In this document: in pieces, positions 18,181 to 26,693 of the stretch
Position numbering within the stretch: the stretch's first letter is position 1
Layout: each line of letters begins with the position of its first letter
Origin: an uncultured Pseudomonadales bacterium
GTDB taxonomy: Bacteria > Patescibacteriota > Microgenomatia > UBA1400 > MFAQ01
Direction of reading: 5' to 3'
NCBI GenBank assembly: GCA_964439805.1
Contig: CAYTOI010000001.1
Span: 67,573 to 131,572, forward strand
DNA length: 64,000 bases
The notes under the pieces: model-generated
Databases searched by the model: none
Seen by the model: only the letters and a program-made list of their open reading frames with translations
What the model was told of the DNA's origin: nothing
Position numbers and translations under genes: made by a program

Positions 18181-18885
18181 ATGCAAAATCTACCTCAACA
18201 TGTAGCAATAATAATGGATGGCAACCGTCGTTGGGCCAAAGAACACGGACTGGAGCCTGTCAAAGGTCATGAGCAAGCCGCCAAAAATGCCATAGAGCCT
18301 CTCATAGAAAAGTGTGCCGAGCTAAAAATTCCTTATGTCACTTTCTGGGCTTTTTCCACCGAAAACTGGAAAAGAGACGAAGAAGAACTAAGTGGATTGT
18401 TTAACGTTTTTAGGTTTGCTCTTGGATCTCTGGCTCTTAAGTTTGTTCAAAAAGGCGCCAAACTAAGAATCCTCGGAGACCTCAACAAATTTCCCAAAGA
18501 CATTGCCCAAAAATCTCTAGAAATGATTAGTAAGTCTGCTAGTAACCACAAAATTACCGTTACTTTTGCTCTTAACTATGGAGGACGAGATGAAATTCTC
18601 AGAGCCGTCAAAAAAATAATTGCCGAAAAAGTCGACCCTAGTACTCTTACTGAAGAAAAATTCTCATCATACCTAGACACCTCTGGCATTCCAGACCCTG
18701 ACCTGGTTATTCGCACGGGAGGAGACAAAAGAACTTCAGGATACCTACCTTGGCAGTCTGTTTATGCCGAGCTCTACTTCACTGACACCCTTTTCCCAGA
18801 CTTTACCCCAGACAAGTTAGAGGACGCGCTCCAAAACTTTGCTGGTAGGGATCGCCGCTTCGGTGGCAACAGTGTTCAAAAATAA
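18181..18885 (+). CDS. uppS: Undecaprenyl-diphosphate synthase (isoprenyl transferase)
   Basis: IIMDGNRRWAK..HGL, FSTENWKR and RDRRFGG motifs. Confidence 0.9.
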   Translation: MQNLPQHVAIIMDGNRRWAKEHGLEPVKGHEQAAKNAIEPLIEKCAELKIPYVTFWAFSTENWKRDEEELSGLFNVFRFALGSLALKFVQKGAKLRILGDLNKFPKDIAQKSLEMISKSASNHKITVTFALNYGGRDEILRAVKKIIAEKVDPSTLTEEKFSSYLDTSGIPDPDLVIRTGGDKRTSGYLPWQSVYAELYFTDTLFPDFTPDKLEDALQNFAGRDRRFGGNSVQK

Positions 18886-19167
18886 ATCCACTATCTCCAC
18901 AATCTCGCTATCTCCAAAACCTTTTCTCTCTAGTCTCATCATTAAGTCCGTTGCGTTTATTGCTGGCACTTCTCCACCAGGGTATTTAAAATAAGTAAAT
19001 TTTTTCCCTGTAGTTTTTTCTTCTATTTCTTTAAACCATCCTTCAAAATGAACTCTAGTAGATTGTTCTCTCCAGTTTCTTGGTATTTCCATAACTTCAC
19101 AATATAGCTGCCCCTCTCTCCCATTTACTATCAATAAGTAGTCGTCATTGCGAACGAAGTGTGGCAA
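18817..19167 (-). CDS. Hypothetical protein
   Basis: 116 aa with a TTG start and a 69-nt convergent overlap with uppS. No recognisable motif. Confidence 0.35.
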   Translation of the reverse strand: MPHFVRNDDYLLIVNGREGQLYCEVMEIPRNWREQSTRVHFEGWFKEIEEKTTGKKFTYFKYPGGEVPAINATDLMMRLERKGFGDSEIVEIVDLFLNTVATEAAIPTSKVLERVL

Positions 19168-19218
19168 TCCAGAAGATATTCAACATCTTGAGATCTTGAG
19201 TTCTTGATTTCTTGAGTT

Positions 19219-20328
19219 TTACATCTCCCTCTCAACCATGTATCTCGCTATCCCCTCCAAGTAATCTATCGCCTCACTATTCAATTTTAACTTTCTGAGT
19301 TTCTGGATTGTTTCTATAGATTTTTCATTTAAATCTCTTGCCACTTTTACAGAATAATCATACGAACCACTTTCCTTAATTGCTTTCTTTGCCAAATCAA
19401 CATCTTTTTCATTAGCTGCTTTTTTACCCCAAACTTTCATAACAGATTCCTTCTGCTCTTCCGTCCCCAATTCCAACACTTTTACAATCAGCAGTGTCAC
19501 TTTGCCTTGCAACAAATCCGAATTTGCTGATTTTCCTGTTTTTTCTTCATCACCAAACAATCCCAAGATGTCATCTTGGAGTTGAAAAGCTACTCCACCA
19601 AACTCAGAATATTCTCTCAAAACATCTTTTACCTCTTCCGACAAGTCGGCAAGTATTGCTCCAATAATTAGAGGGTTTTCGTAAGTATAAATTCCCGTTT
19701 TTGCTCTATGCAAACTCATTACTTTTTCTTCTGTCATTTCTCCTAAGTTTGGCAAACTCACATCATAAGCCTGGCCAAAAGCAGTGTTCGCTATTCCTCG
19801 GAGCATCTGTTTCATGGCTGCTATTAAGTTCTTTTCCTCAAATCCAGAGTCCAAAATTCTCTCGTATCCCAAACACAAAACCGAGTCTCCAATATTTACC
19901 GCCATCGACTCCCCAAAGTGTTTATCTTCTTTTCCAAAAAATACTTGTGTTGTCGGCTCTCCTCTTCTGACAAGATCTTCGTCCATAAAATCATCATGCA
20001 TAAGCAAAGCCGTATGAACCAATTCAACTCCTTCCGCCACCTTCCATATATCCCCACCTTTTGTCTTAAGTTCTTGATTCCTTGAGTTTTCGAGTTCTTG
20101 TAGTTTGTATCCCCAAACCACAAACCCTGCTCTCGCCCTCTTTGCCGATCTCAAATTGTGCTCCTTGGCGTGCAAAAGCATCTCTCTAACCATTTTTTTC
20201 TGAGTCTCGTTGTAACCAAAATTTTTACCCAACTCAATATCCCAATACTTTTCCAGCCTCAAATCCATATCCTTAGCCAAAGCAACTAATTTTGTTTTGG
20301 CAGATAATCCTAGTTCATTTTTTACCAT
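19219..20328 (-). CDS. Polyprenyl diphosphate synthase (IspA/IspB family)
   Basis: First Asp-rich motif LLMHDDFMDED and second motif FQLQDDILG. Carries an in-frame octamer-repeat insertion at 20066-20102 (ELENSRNQELKTK). Confidence 0.85.
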   Translation of the reverse strand: MVKNELGLSAKTKLVALAKDMDLRLEKYWDIELGKNFGYNETQKKMVREMLLHAKEHNLRSAKRARAGFVVWGYKLQELENSRNQELKTKGGDIWKVAEGVELVHTALLMHDDFMDEDLVRRGEPTTQVFFGKEDKHFGESMAVNIGDSVLCLGYERILDSGFEEKNLIAAMKQMLRGIANTAFGQAYDVSLPNLGEMTEEKVMSLHRAKTGIYTYENPLIIGAILADLSEEVKDVLREYSEFGGVAFQLQDDILGLFGDEEKTGKSANSDLLQGKVTLLIVKVLELGTEEQKESVMKVWGKKAANEKDVDLAKKAIKESGSYDYSVKVARDLNEKSIETIQKLRKLKLNSEAIDYLEGIARYMVEREM

Positions 20329-20357
20329 TGTCTGTATTTTACTGTAAAATAGATGAT

Positions 20358-20672
20358 ATGTTTATCAAGCAAGCTTTAGCTGATTCACTCACTAGCTACT
20401 ACCCTCCATCCACAGCTTTGGGTGCTAATAAAGTAAAGCTATCATCAATTTTAAATCCACTAATCGCCAACGCCCTTATCATCTCGGGGCTTGTAGCCTT
20501 TTTTGTCATCCTTTTTGCCGGTTTTAGCTATATTTCTGGAGCTGGAGACAAAAACAAAATGGCCCAATCCACCAACATGCTTACTTACGCTATACTAGGA
20601 TTAGTTGTCGTCGCCTCCGCCTTTTTGATTACTAGGATTCTTGGCACAGTCCTCGGCTTCAAGTTTTTTTAA
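20358..20672 (+). CDS. TrbC/VirB2-like T4SS pilin family protein (array member 1)
   Basis: Two TM helices around SGAGDKNKMAQSTNMLTYAILGL. ATG 20358 is preferred over 20292, which overlaps the upstream gene. Confidence 0.6.
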   Translation: MFIKQALADSLTSYYPPSTALGANKVKLSSILNPLIANALIISGLVAFFVILFAGFSYISGAGDKNKMAQSTNMLTYAILGLVVVASAFLITRILGTVLGFKFF

Positions 20673-20674
20673 AC

Positions 20675-21043
20675 ATGAATATCTTTAATCTCATCTCAAA
20701 ACCAGTTTATGCAGCCGCTGACGTAGTAGGAACAATCACCCTCCCTGCTGGTGTACCTTCCGAAGTGGTCAAAACCGGTTCATTTTTTAGTGCTATTGTT
20801 CGCTTGATGATGGTAGTTGGAGGTATTTTTACCCTTTGGCAATTTCTTTCTGGAGGTTTTGAATACATCTCTTCAGGTGGAGACAAAACAAAAATCGCCA
20901 ATGCCACCCAAAAACTTACCATGAGTGTCACAGGTTTAGTGGTCATGACGGGAAGTTTTCTGATTATTTCCATTATCAGCAAAGTTCTCTTTGGTAGTTT
21001 TACTGCTATTCTAAATCCATCATTAACACGAGTAACTCCATGA
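20675..21043 (+). CDS. TrbC/VirB2-like T4SS pilin family protein (array member 2)
   Basis: SSGGDKTKIANATQKLTMSVTGL between two TM helices. Confidence 0.65.
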   Translation: MNIFNLISKPVYAAADVVGTITLPAGVPSEVVKTGSFFSAIVRLMMVVGGIFTLWQFLSGGFEYISSGGDKTKIANATQKLTMSVTGLVVMTGSFLIISIISKVLFGSFTAILNPSLTRVTP

Positions 21044-21456
21044 TTAACTTCATTAGCGGTTTTATTGTCAAGTCTGCTTATGCAATTACTGAGCCAGATA
21101 GTCCGTATATGACATCAGATGGCTCTACAAGTCTTGGGGCCATTACAGGAACTGGTCAATTCCAAAATATTCTAGGAGGACCAGAAACATTACTTGGCAA
21201 ATTCCTTTCCACCCTAATAACCACAATGACCATCTTTGGATCTCTCGCTTTTGTAGTTTATTTCAGTCTAGGAGCTCTTACCTGGATCACCGCTGGCGGA
21301 GACAAAGCAAAAATTGGATCAGCTCAAAGCCAAATGACTCAAGGGGCTGTTGGTTTAATTGCCATAGTCGCCTCTTATTTCATCATTGGCATAGTTGGCA
21401 ATGTCTTAGGACTAAATATTCTCAATCCTATTAAAATGTTAAATTTAATTAACTAA
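21040..21456 (+). CDS. TrbC/VirB2-like T4SS pilin family protein (array member 3)
   Basis: TAGGDKAKIGSAQSQMTQGAVGL. 4-nt overlap with the upstream gene suggests an operon. Confidence 0.65.
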   Translation: MINFISGFIVKSAYAITEPDSPYMTSDGSTSLGAITGTGQFQNILGGPETLLGKFLSTLITTMTIFGSLAFVVYFSLGALTWITAGGDKAKIGSAQSQMTQGAVGLIAIVASYFIIGIVGNVLGLNILNPIKMLNLIN

Positions 21457-21457
21457 A

Positions 21458-21778
21458 ATGGACGAAATTGTAAACAACGCGATTCCTGCAACTGCCTTAT
21501 CCAAAGGTTATGGTGGAGGTCTTGCTTTTTATATCGCCACTCTCTGGAAAACCGTAGTCACAGTTGGAGGTCTCGCTTTTATCATCTACCTCGTCTGGGG
21601 TGGCATAGAGTATCTCACTTCAGGTGGTGACAAAAATAAAATCGCCGACGCCACAACAAAAATAACCAGCTCTGTTATAGGTGTAGCTATACTCGTAGCC
21701 TCTTATGCCATCACCCTCTTCATCCAAGGTGTCTTCAAAATTAATATCCTTAACCCCATCTTTCCTAATAATCTATGA
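21458..21778 (+). CDS. TrbC/VirB2-like T4SS pilin family protein (array member 4)
   Basis: TSGGDKNKIADATTKITSSVIGV. Confidence 0.65.
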   Translation: MDEIVNNAIPATALSKGYGGGLAFYIATLWKTVVTVGGLAFIIYLVWGGIEYLTSGGDKNKIADATTKITSSVIGVAILVASYAITLFIQGVFKINILNPIFPNNL

Positions 21779-22095
21779 ACAACACTAGTGTAAACATTGG
21801 CGCAGAAACAGCTGGTTTTTTTGGCTACACTTGTATTGGTCACCTAGTCAGCAATCTCGTCGCTGCAGCCTTTATCATTGCAGGAGTTGCCTTTTTTGTT
21901 TATTTGGTTTGGGGCGGAATTCAATATCTCACCTCCGGAGGAGACAAAACTGGTACTGGAGATGCTCAAAAAAAGATTGCCGCTGCTTTTATCGGCCTCA
22001 CCATTGTTGCTTCCAGTTGGGCTGTTTATCAGCTAGTTATCTACTTCTTTGGAATCAACTTGAACAGTTTGTGCACAGCTAACCCAGTCGGTTAA
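21775..22095 (+). CDS. TrbC/VirB2-like T4SS pilin family protein (array member 5)
   Basis: TSGGDKTGTGDAQKKIAAAFIGL. Confidence 0.65.
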   Translation: MNNTSVNIGAETAGFFGYTCIGHLVSNLVAAAFIIAGVAFFVYLVWGGIQYLTSGGDKTGTGDAQKKIAAAFIGLTIVASSWAVYQLVIYFFGINLNSLCTANPVG

Positions 22096-22145
22096 AATGT
22101 AATATAATATAGATATAGCAATTATTAATTTATAAACACAAAAAT

Positions 22146-22490
22146 ATGTCCCTAATCCCCCAAGTCTACGCTGCTGCAAGTGGAACCATAGGTATTCCTC
22201 AACCATCAGGTATGAAAATCACCGATATTGGTGTCCTTATTTCTAGAACCATTTCTGTCGTCTTTATTATCGCTGGTATTATGACCTTTGGATACTTAGT
22301 TATGGGTGGTATCACCTGGCTCACCGCCGGTGGAGACAAAGCCAATACCGAAAAAGCCAGAGCTATCATCACCAATGCTGTCATCGGTCTTGCCATTATC
22401 GCCGCTTCCTGGGCTCTAATGAAACTCATCTCCTACTTCCTTGGAGTTGACGTCTTCGAAGGCAATATCAATATCCCCAAGCCTTACTAG
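22146..22490 (+). CDS. TrbC/VirB2-like T4SS pilin family protein (array member 6)
   Basis: TAGGDKANTEKARAIITNAVIGL. Confidence 0.65.
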   Translation: MSLIPQVYAAASGTIGIPQPSGMKITDIGVLISRTISVVFIIAGIMTFGYLVMGGITWLTAGGDKANTEKARAIITNAVIGLAIIAASWALMKLISYFLGVDVFEGNINIPKPY

Positions 22491-22525
22491 TCATTGCAAA
22501 CCGCCCATGGCGGTGTGGCAATCCA

Positions 22526-22557
22526 GTAAAAAATCCTCCGAATGGAGGATTTTTTAT
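22526..22557 (+). terminator. Rho-independent terminator after pilin array member 6
   Basis: aaatcctcc-gaa-tggaggatt hairpin followed by TTTTT. Confidence 0.6.
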
Positions 22558-22629
22558 ACAAACAAACTCACCATCTTGAGTTTTTGAGTTCTTGAGTTTT
22601 TGAGTTCTATATTATTGTAAAATAAAACC

Positions 22630-22986
22630 ATGTCTTTCAATTTTATTCCTCAAGCACACGCAGCCGGTTTTACAGCAGGTGATCAATGGCAAGGTGCCGG
22701 ATGTGCTCAAGATGGAGTCGCCACCATAGGCGGAATTCAGTGTCTAATTGGTAATGTTTTAGTTATCATTCCTTCAATGTTAGTATTGGCCGCTGTGGGA
22801 ATGATTATCTTTGCTGGTATAAAAATAATTAATGCTGGGGCAGACACAAAAGCTTACGCAGCAGGCTGGAATACTTTTTACTACGCCGCCATCGGTTTGG
22901 TACTTCTTTCTGTCGTTTGGTTTGTAATAGTCTTAATCCAAAACTACACCGGAACAAACATTACCGAATTTGGAATTCCAAATTAA
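22630..22986 (+). CDS. TrbC/VirB2-like T4SS pilin family protein (array member 7, divergent)
   Basis: Two TM helices with NAGADTKAYAAGWNTFYYAAIGL, a degenerate form of the motif. Confidence 0.55.
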   Translation: MSFNFIPQAHAAGFTAGDQWQGAGCAQDGVATIGGIQCLIGNVLVIIPSMLVLAAVGMIIFAGIKIINAGADTKAYAAGWNTFYYAAIGLVLLSVVWFVIVLIQNYTGTNITEFGIPN

Positions 22987-22988
22987 CC

Positions 22989-25900
22989 GTGAAAAAGTCA
23001 CTAATAATTTTCTTCTTAATTATTTTTGATTGCCTAATAATCTTTCAGCACAACAAGCTCGTCTTCGCCGCTCAAGAAGTTACAAATCCAAACCCAACCC
23101 CAACATCTTCCACGTATCAACCAACTTCAATCAATGCCCCCCAAAACCCCGCTCCACCACTAATAGGTAATACTCCATGTGGCAACACTGTGTGTCTAGA
23201 AAATGAGGTTTGTGTTATGTACCCTGCAGACAAAGACGAACACTGTGTTCCTGTAGATATTGACCCTTCCGCAATTAGCGCTGATCCAATAAAAAACAAA
23301 CTTGAGGACTGTAATAAATTAATTGGCAACAATCAGTCAGTATTTCCTCCAAACTCAAAATGTTGGAATAATACCGTCATGGTTCAAAGCGACCTTAGTA
23401 AGTTTGACAAAACCTGCATCTACCAACCAGTAATTAAATATACAGACACAAGATACTTAAAAACAAAGGGAAGTGTTCCTGGCTTTGAAGAATGTGGAAA
23501 TGGCAACAACCCTTTTGGAGGTAGCCCTCCAGGCGACAGCAAACAAGACAAGTGTTATGTGGGAGTACTTGTCTACACTGATGTTAGAGATGCCACTCTC
23601 GGAAGCTACGGACCAGATGAAAAAACCATTCAAGAAAATTCAGGAGATTATTTAGCACAAAATTATTTATACAACTCACTTTTTGGACGTCCCAACACTA
23701 CAGTTGGAGCAAATAAGGAATCATATCGCACATATTGGCGCCTTATTCCTGCAGAAAATCAAGCCAATCTTCGTTCATTTACTCTAAATATGAGCAAGCA
23801 GGGATTGATGGAAAATACCAATTTTGAGTTTGATGGCAAATCAGAAAAAACAGATTTAGTAGATCTATATGACCAATTAAGCAAACAAATTACTGTTTTT
23901 TTACACCCTCCTTTTATTAGAATTGGTTGCTTAACAGATTATCCAGTATGTCCAGAATTTGCCAAGGCTATATCTGACTTTAACACCCCAGTTTCTGACA
24001 CAATTGCTTTTGTTAACAATTTCCCCTTTCCCATTGTCCTAGAGGAAGTATTAAATTATTTTGGTTCCATTACAGATGACACAAATCAAAAACTGGCTAC
24101 AAAATACTCCTCTTTCGTTCCATTGGATTTTAGTAGCGTTAGAAGTTATATTTTTCGCAAACCAACCGAAGAAACCGAGTCAAAAATCTACAACGGCGAA
24201 CTCGATGGGCTTTCTTCCTTTAATGGCAAACTTGTAGACGGTCTTAACCAGCCCAGGTATGGAACAAACAAACCTTTGTTAAACAGTATAACTTCAGAGT
24301 CAACTCCTTACGTAGGAGCCATTTATCAAGGACTTATGTCTCCAAAATTTGGACTAATCAACTCTCTTCACCCTCAATGGCTGATAGAAACATATACAAA
24401 CCCAGAAGAAAGTGTTTTGTACGATTACAGTGCAGGCAACACACCGTCCGATTATCCAGAAGTAAAAATTGCCAAAAAAAATCTTATAGAAAGAGCAATT
24501 AGTGAAGCTAAATTGTTACTAAAAAACCCTCTCAGCTGGGCTGCAGATATTTTGTTGGGTAACAAAAATTTTAACGAATTCAATGACACTGCTTTATTAC
24601 CAAAAGGATACAACGAACCTAGAGTTGAGAATAAAAAAACTGATGTAAAAAACTATTACCAAAATATGCTAGATTGCCCCCTTCCTGTTAGTTATCATAT
24701 ATCCGCTCCATTTACCGCAAACTTAAGCAAGGATCCTTTGAAAAGTGTTTCCAAAGACGATCATCATCAGGTTATATATATTAGGGGAAACAACGTAAAG
24801 TGGGATTTTGATCCAGAAAAATGGGAAATTGTGGAGGATAAAGTAGATCCAAAAACAGGTATTACCTATCAAGTAGTCAATCGATGTCCCAAAAACGATG
24901 AACATTTTCAAAAAGATGGAGAACCAAACACCTGTTATAAAAGAAGGTGGCAATTAACAGCCATAGAAAAAGGGAACGCCTTAACCGTTTTAAACAATCC
25001 AAAACAATCTGACATCAAAAAATCAGTTGTTTCTGAGGCCAAATTTTCTTTATACAATACACTTCTCCCTTCAACCCTATCTGTAAAAAAAATCACAGAG
25101 GCAAATATTGACGCTCCAATAGCCAGAAATTTTGTATCTCAAAATGGAGGTGGAGACGCAGTAGGACCAGCCGGTGAAGCTGAGATGCTAAATCCCGCTG
25201 AACCAATAAACAGAGTTAATAATTTTGCTCAAGATTCTGTTCACCTCCTCCAAAACTGTTGGTCTGTTCCAGATAATCTCCAAAATTCACCACGCTGCAA
25301 AATTGCCCTTACAGACGCTTCAGCCAGTGCTTGTACAGGTGAAAAATTCAAAGAATTAATTGGAGACAATAATTTAAATATTAGTGAAAAAGGAAAACAA
25401 CTCTATTCTCTAGTTGAGTCAAAACTAACAGACGATCTTATCACTGCCTATGCTGAAGCCGAAAAACAAACAGGTGTACCCTGTGAAGTTCTCGCTGGTA
25501 TTCACTACCGAGAGGCTGATAACAGCCCCACTCAAGACCTGCAAAGCGGTGCTCCTCTAGGAGGAAGATCACTCACGGAATCTGCCATACAAGCTGCCAA
25601 TGAACTTTTAGGTAAAGCTGGTGGAAAAATTGGTGATATAGATACTCTCATAAAAGCTTTATCTTGGTATAACGGTGGTGGAAACGCCAACTGTCAACCC
25701 ACAACTAGTTGCTCTGCTATCAAAAACAATCGATGTGGAAGCAAGGTTGCTTGCGACAATCTCCCTTCAACAGCTACTAGCGCAGAAGTAAAATCTGCTT
25801 GTAGTTGTGGTGTAGAAGCCGGATCTTGCCGAAGTCAATGCAATTCAGGCTACCCATTCCTAATCCCCACTTCACCAGGGCTTTGTCCTCCCCCTTCAAT

Positions 25901-26102
25901 AGGCTACGACGACCCCTACGTAGTAGAACTCTGGAAAAAACAACACGAAAAAATGTATGTTCTCTATCAATACGACTGTACCCAAACTCCTCCAATAAAC
26001 CAAAACAGACTAGGAACCTTTACCTTTGCAGTTAGTTTTTATCAATCAAACGCAGATCCTTCTAGTGGACCAAGTACTGCTGTTCCAGCACAAGCCCAAT
26101 GA
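22989..26102 (+). CDS. Large secreted cysteine-rich protein (probable surface or pilus-associated protein)
   Basis: ~1037 aa from GTG 22989, which immediately follows the upstream stop. N-terminal signal/anchor LIIFFLIIFDCLIIF, many Cys, no internal TM. Directly downstream of the pilin array. Confidence 0.55.
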   Translation: MKKSLIIFFLIIFDCLIIFQHNKLVFAAQEVTNPNPTPTSSTYQPTSINAPQNPAPPLIGNTPCGNTVCLENEVCVMYPADKDEHCVPVDIDPSAISADPIKNKLEDCNKLIGNNQSVFPPNSKCWNNTVMVQSDLSKFDKTCIYQPVIKYTDTRYLKTKGSVPGFEECGNGNNPFGGSPPGDSKQDKCYVGVLVYTDVRDATLGSYGPDEKTIQENSGDYLAQNYLYNSLFGRPNTTVGANKESYRTYWRLIPAENQANLRSFTLNMSKQGLMENTNFEFDGKSEKTDLVDLYDQLSKQITVFLHPPFIRIGCLTDYPVCPEFAKAISDFNTPVSDTIAFVNNFPFPIVLEEVLNYFGSITDDTNQKLATKYSSFVPLDFSSVRSYIFRKPTEETESKIYNGELDGLSSFNGKLVDGLNQPRYGTNKPLLNSITSESTPYVGAIYQGLMSPKFGLINSLHPQWLIETYTNPEESVLYDYSAGNTPSDYPEVKIAKKNLIERAISEAKLLLKNPLSWAADILLGNKNFNEFNDTALLPKGYNEPRVENKKTDVKNYYQNMLDCPLPVSYHISAPFTANLSKDPLKSVSKDDHHQVIYIRGNNVKWDFDPEKWEIVEDKVDPKTGITYQVVNRCPKNDEHFQKDGEPNTCYKRRWQLTAIEKGNALTVLNNPKQSDIKKSVVSEAKFSLYNTLLPSTLSVKKITEANIDAPIARNFVSQNGGGDAVGPAGEAEMLNPAEPINRVNNFAQDSVHLLQNCWSVPDNLQNSPRCKIALTDASASACTGEKFKELIGDNNLNISEKGKQLYSLVESKLTDDLITAYAEAEKQTGVPCEVLAGIHYREADNSPTQDLQSGAPLGGRSLTESAIQAANELLGKAGGKIGDIDTLIKALSWYNGGGNANCQPTTSCSAIKNNRCGSKVACDNLPSTATSAEVKSACSCGVEAGSCRSQCNSGYPFLIPTSPGLCPPPSIGYDDPYVVELWKKQHEKMYVLYQYDCTQTPPINQNRLGTFTFAVSFYQSNADPSSGPSTAVPAQAQ

Positions 26103-26668
26103 AAAAATACTACAAAATAATTATTTCAATATTTTTTGTATTTATTATTATCTTTATGACTTTTTGGTTAACAAAACCAAAAGACTCAAAAAACTTTTTT
26201 ATAAACTCGGTTCCTTTTTTAAGCAATGACAGCAACAAACTCCCTACTCCTACCCCCACAGAATCATTTAATGGTAGTGGAATACCAGCTCAAACAAACT
26301 ACAAAAAAGTAGCTGACCAAATAACTAGTGAAGTTTCATCAATTGAAAAAGAAAAAATAATTGATATCCTCCCAGTCAGAATTAACAATTTCGATTCTGG
26401 AACACAAATAAAAACAACCATCAATGTTTTTACCTTAGCGTCAGACCCTCCCCAATCAGTTAGAATAGAAATTTACGGACCAAACTTCAACAACTCTAGC
26501 TTGACCAGTCAAGACGCCTTTGCCTTCAAAAATTCTTTCAATGAAATTAAAAAGGTGTTTGCAAAAAACAATGTAAATCTTAATAATCTTCAAATTATCT
26601 ACGGCAATCGCCAATATATCCAAGATACGGCCACTTTCTGGGTAAAAGAATTCAAACTTCTAGACTAA
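26099..26668 (+). CDS. Membrane-anchored hypothetical protein
   Basis: 189 aa with an N-terminal TM. 4-nt overlap with the upstream gene. Confidence 0.5.
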   Translation: MKKYYKIIISIFFVFIIIFMTFWLTKPKDSKNFFINSVPFLSNDSNKLPTPTPTESFNGSGIPAQTNYKKVADQITSEVSSIEKEKIIDILPVRINNFDSGTQIKTTINVFTLASDPPQSVRIEIYGPNFNNSSLTSQDAFAFKNSFNEIKKVFAKNNVNLNNLQIIYGNRQYIQDTATFWVKEFKLLD

Positions 26669-26693
26669 AATCTAGTATAATTTTCTCTAGTAT

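Noticed and set aside
20292-20357. Longer start for the first array pilin (track start 20292)
   Set aside because: The first 22 codons would overlap the 5' end of the polyprenyl synthetase gene on the opposite strand and add a non-pilin-like N-terminus. ATG 20358 gives a protein collinear with its paralogs, although no Shine-Dalgarno sequence is visible.
22917-22988. Upstream start of the large secreted protein ORF (track start 22917)
   Set aside because: It would overlap the preceding pilin gene by 70 nt in another frame. GTG at 22989 directly follows that gene's stop and begins a typical signal or anchor sequence.
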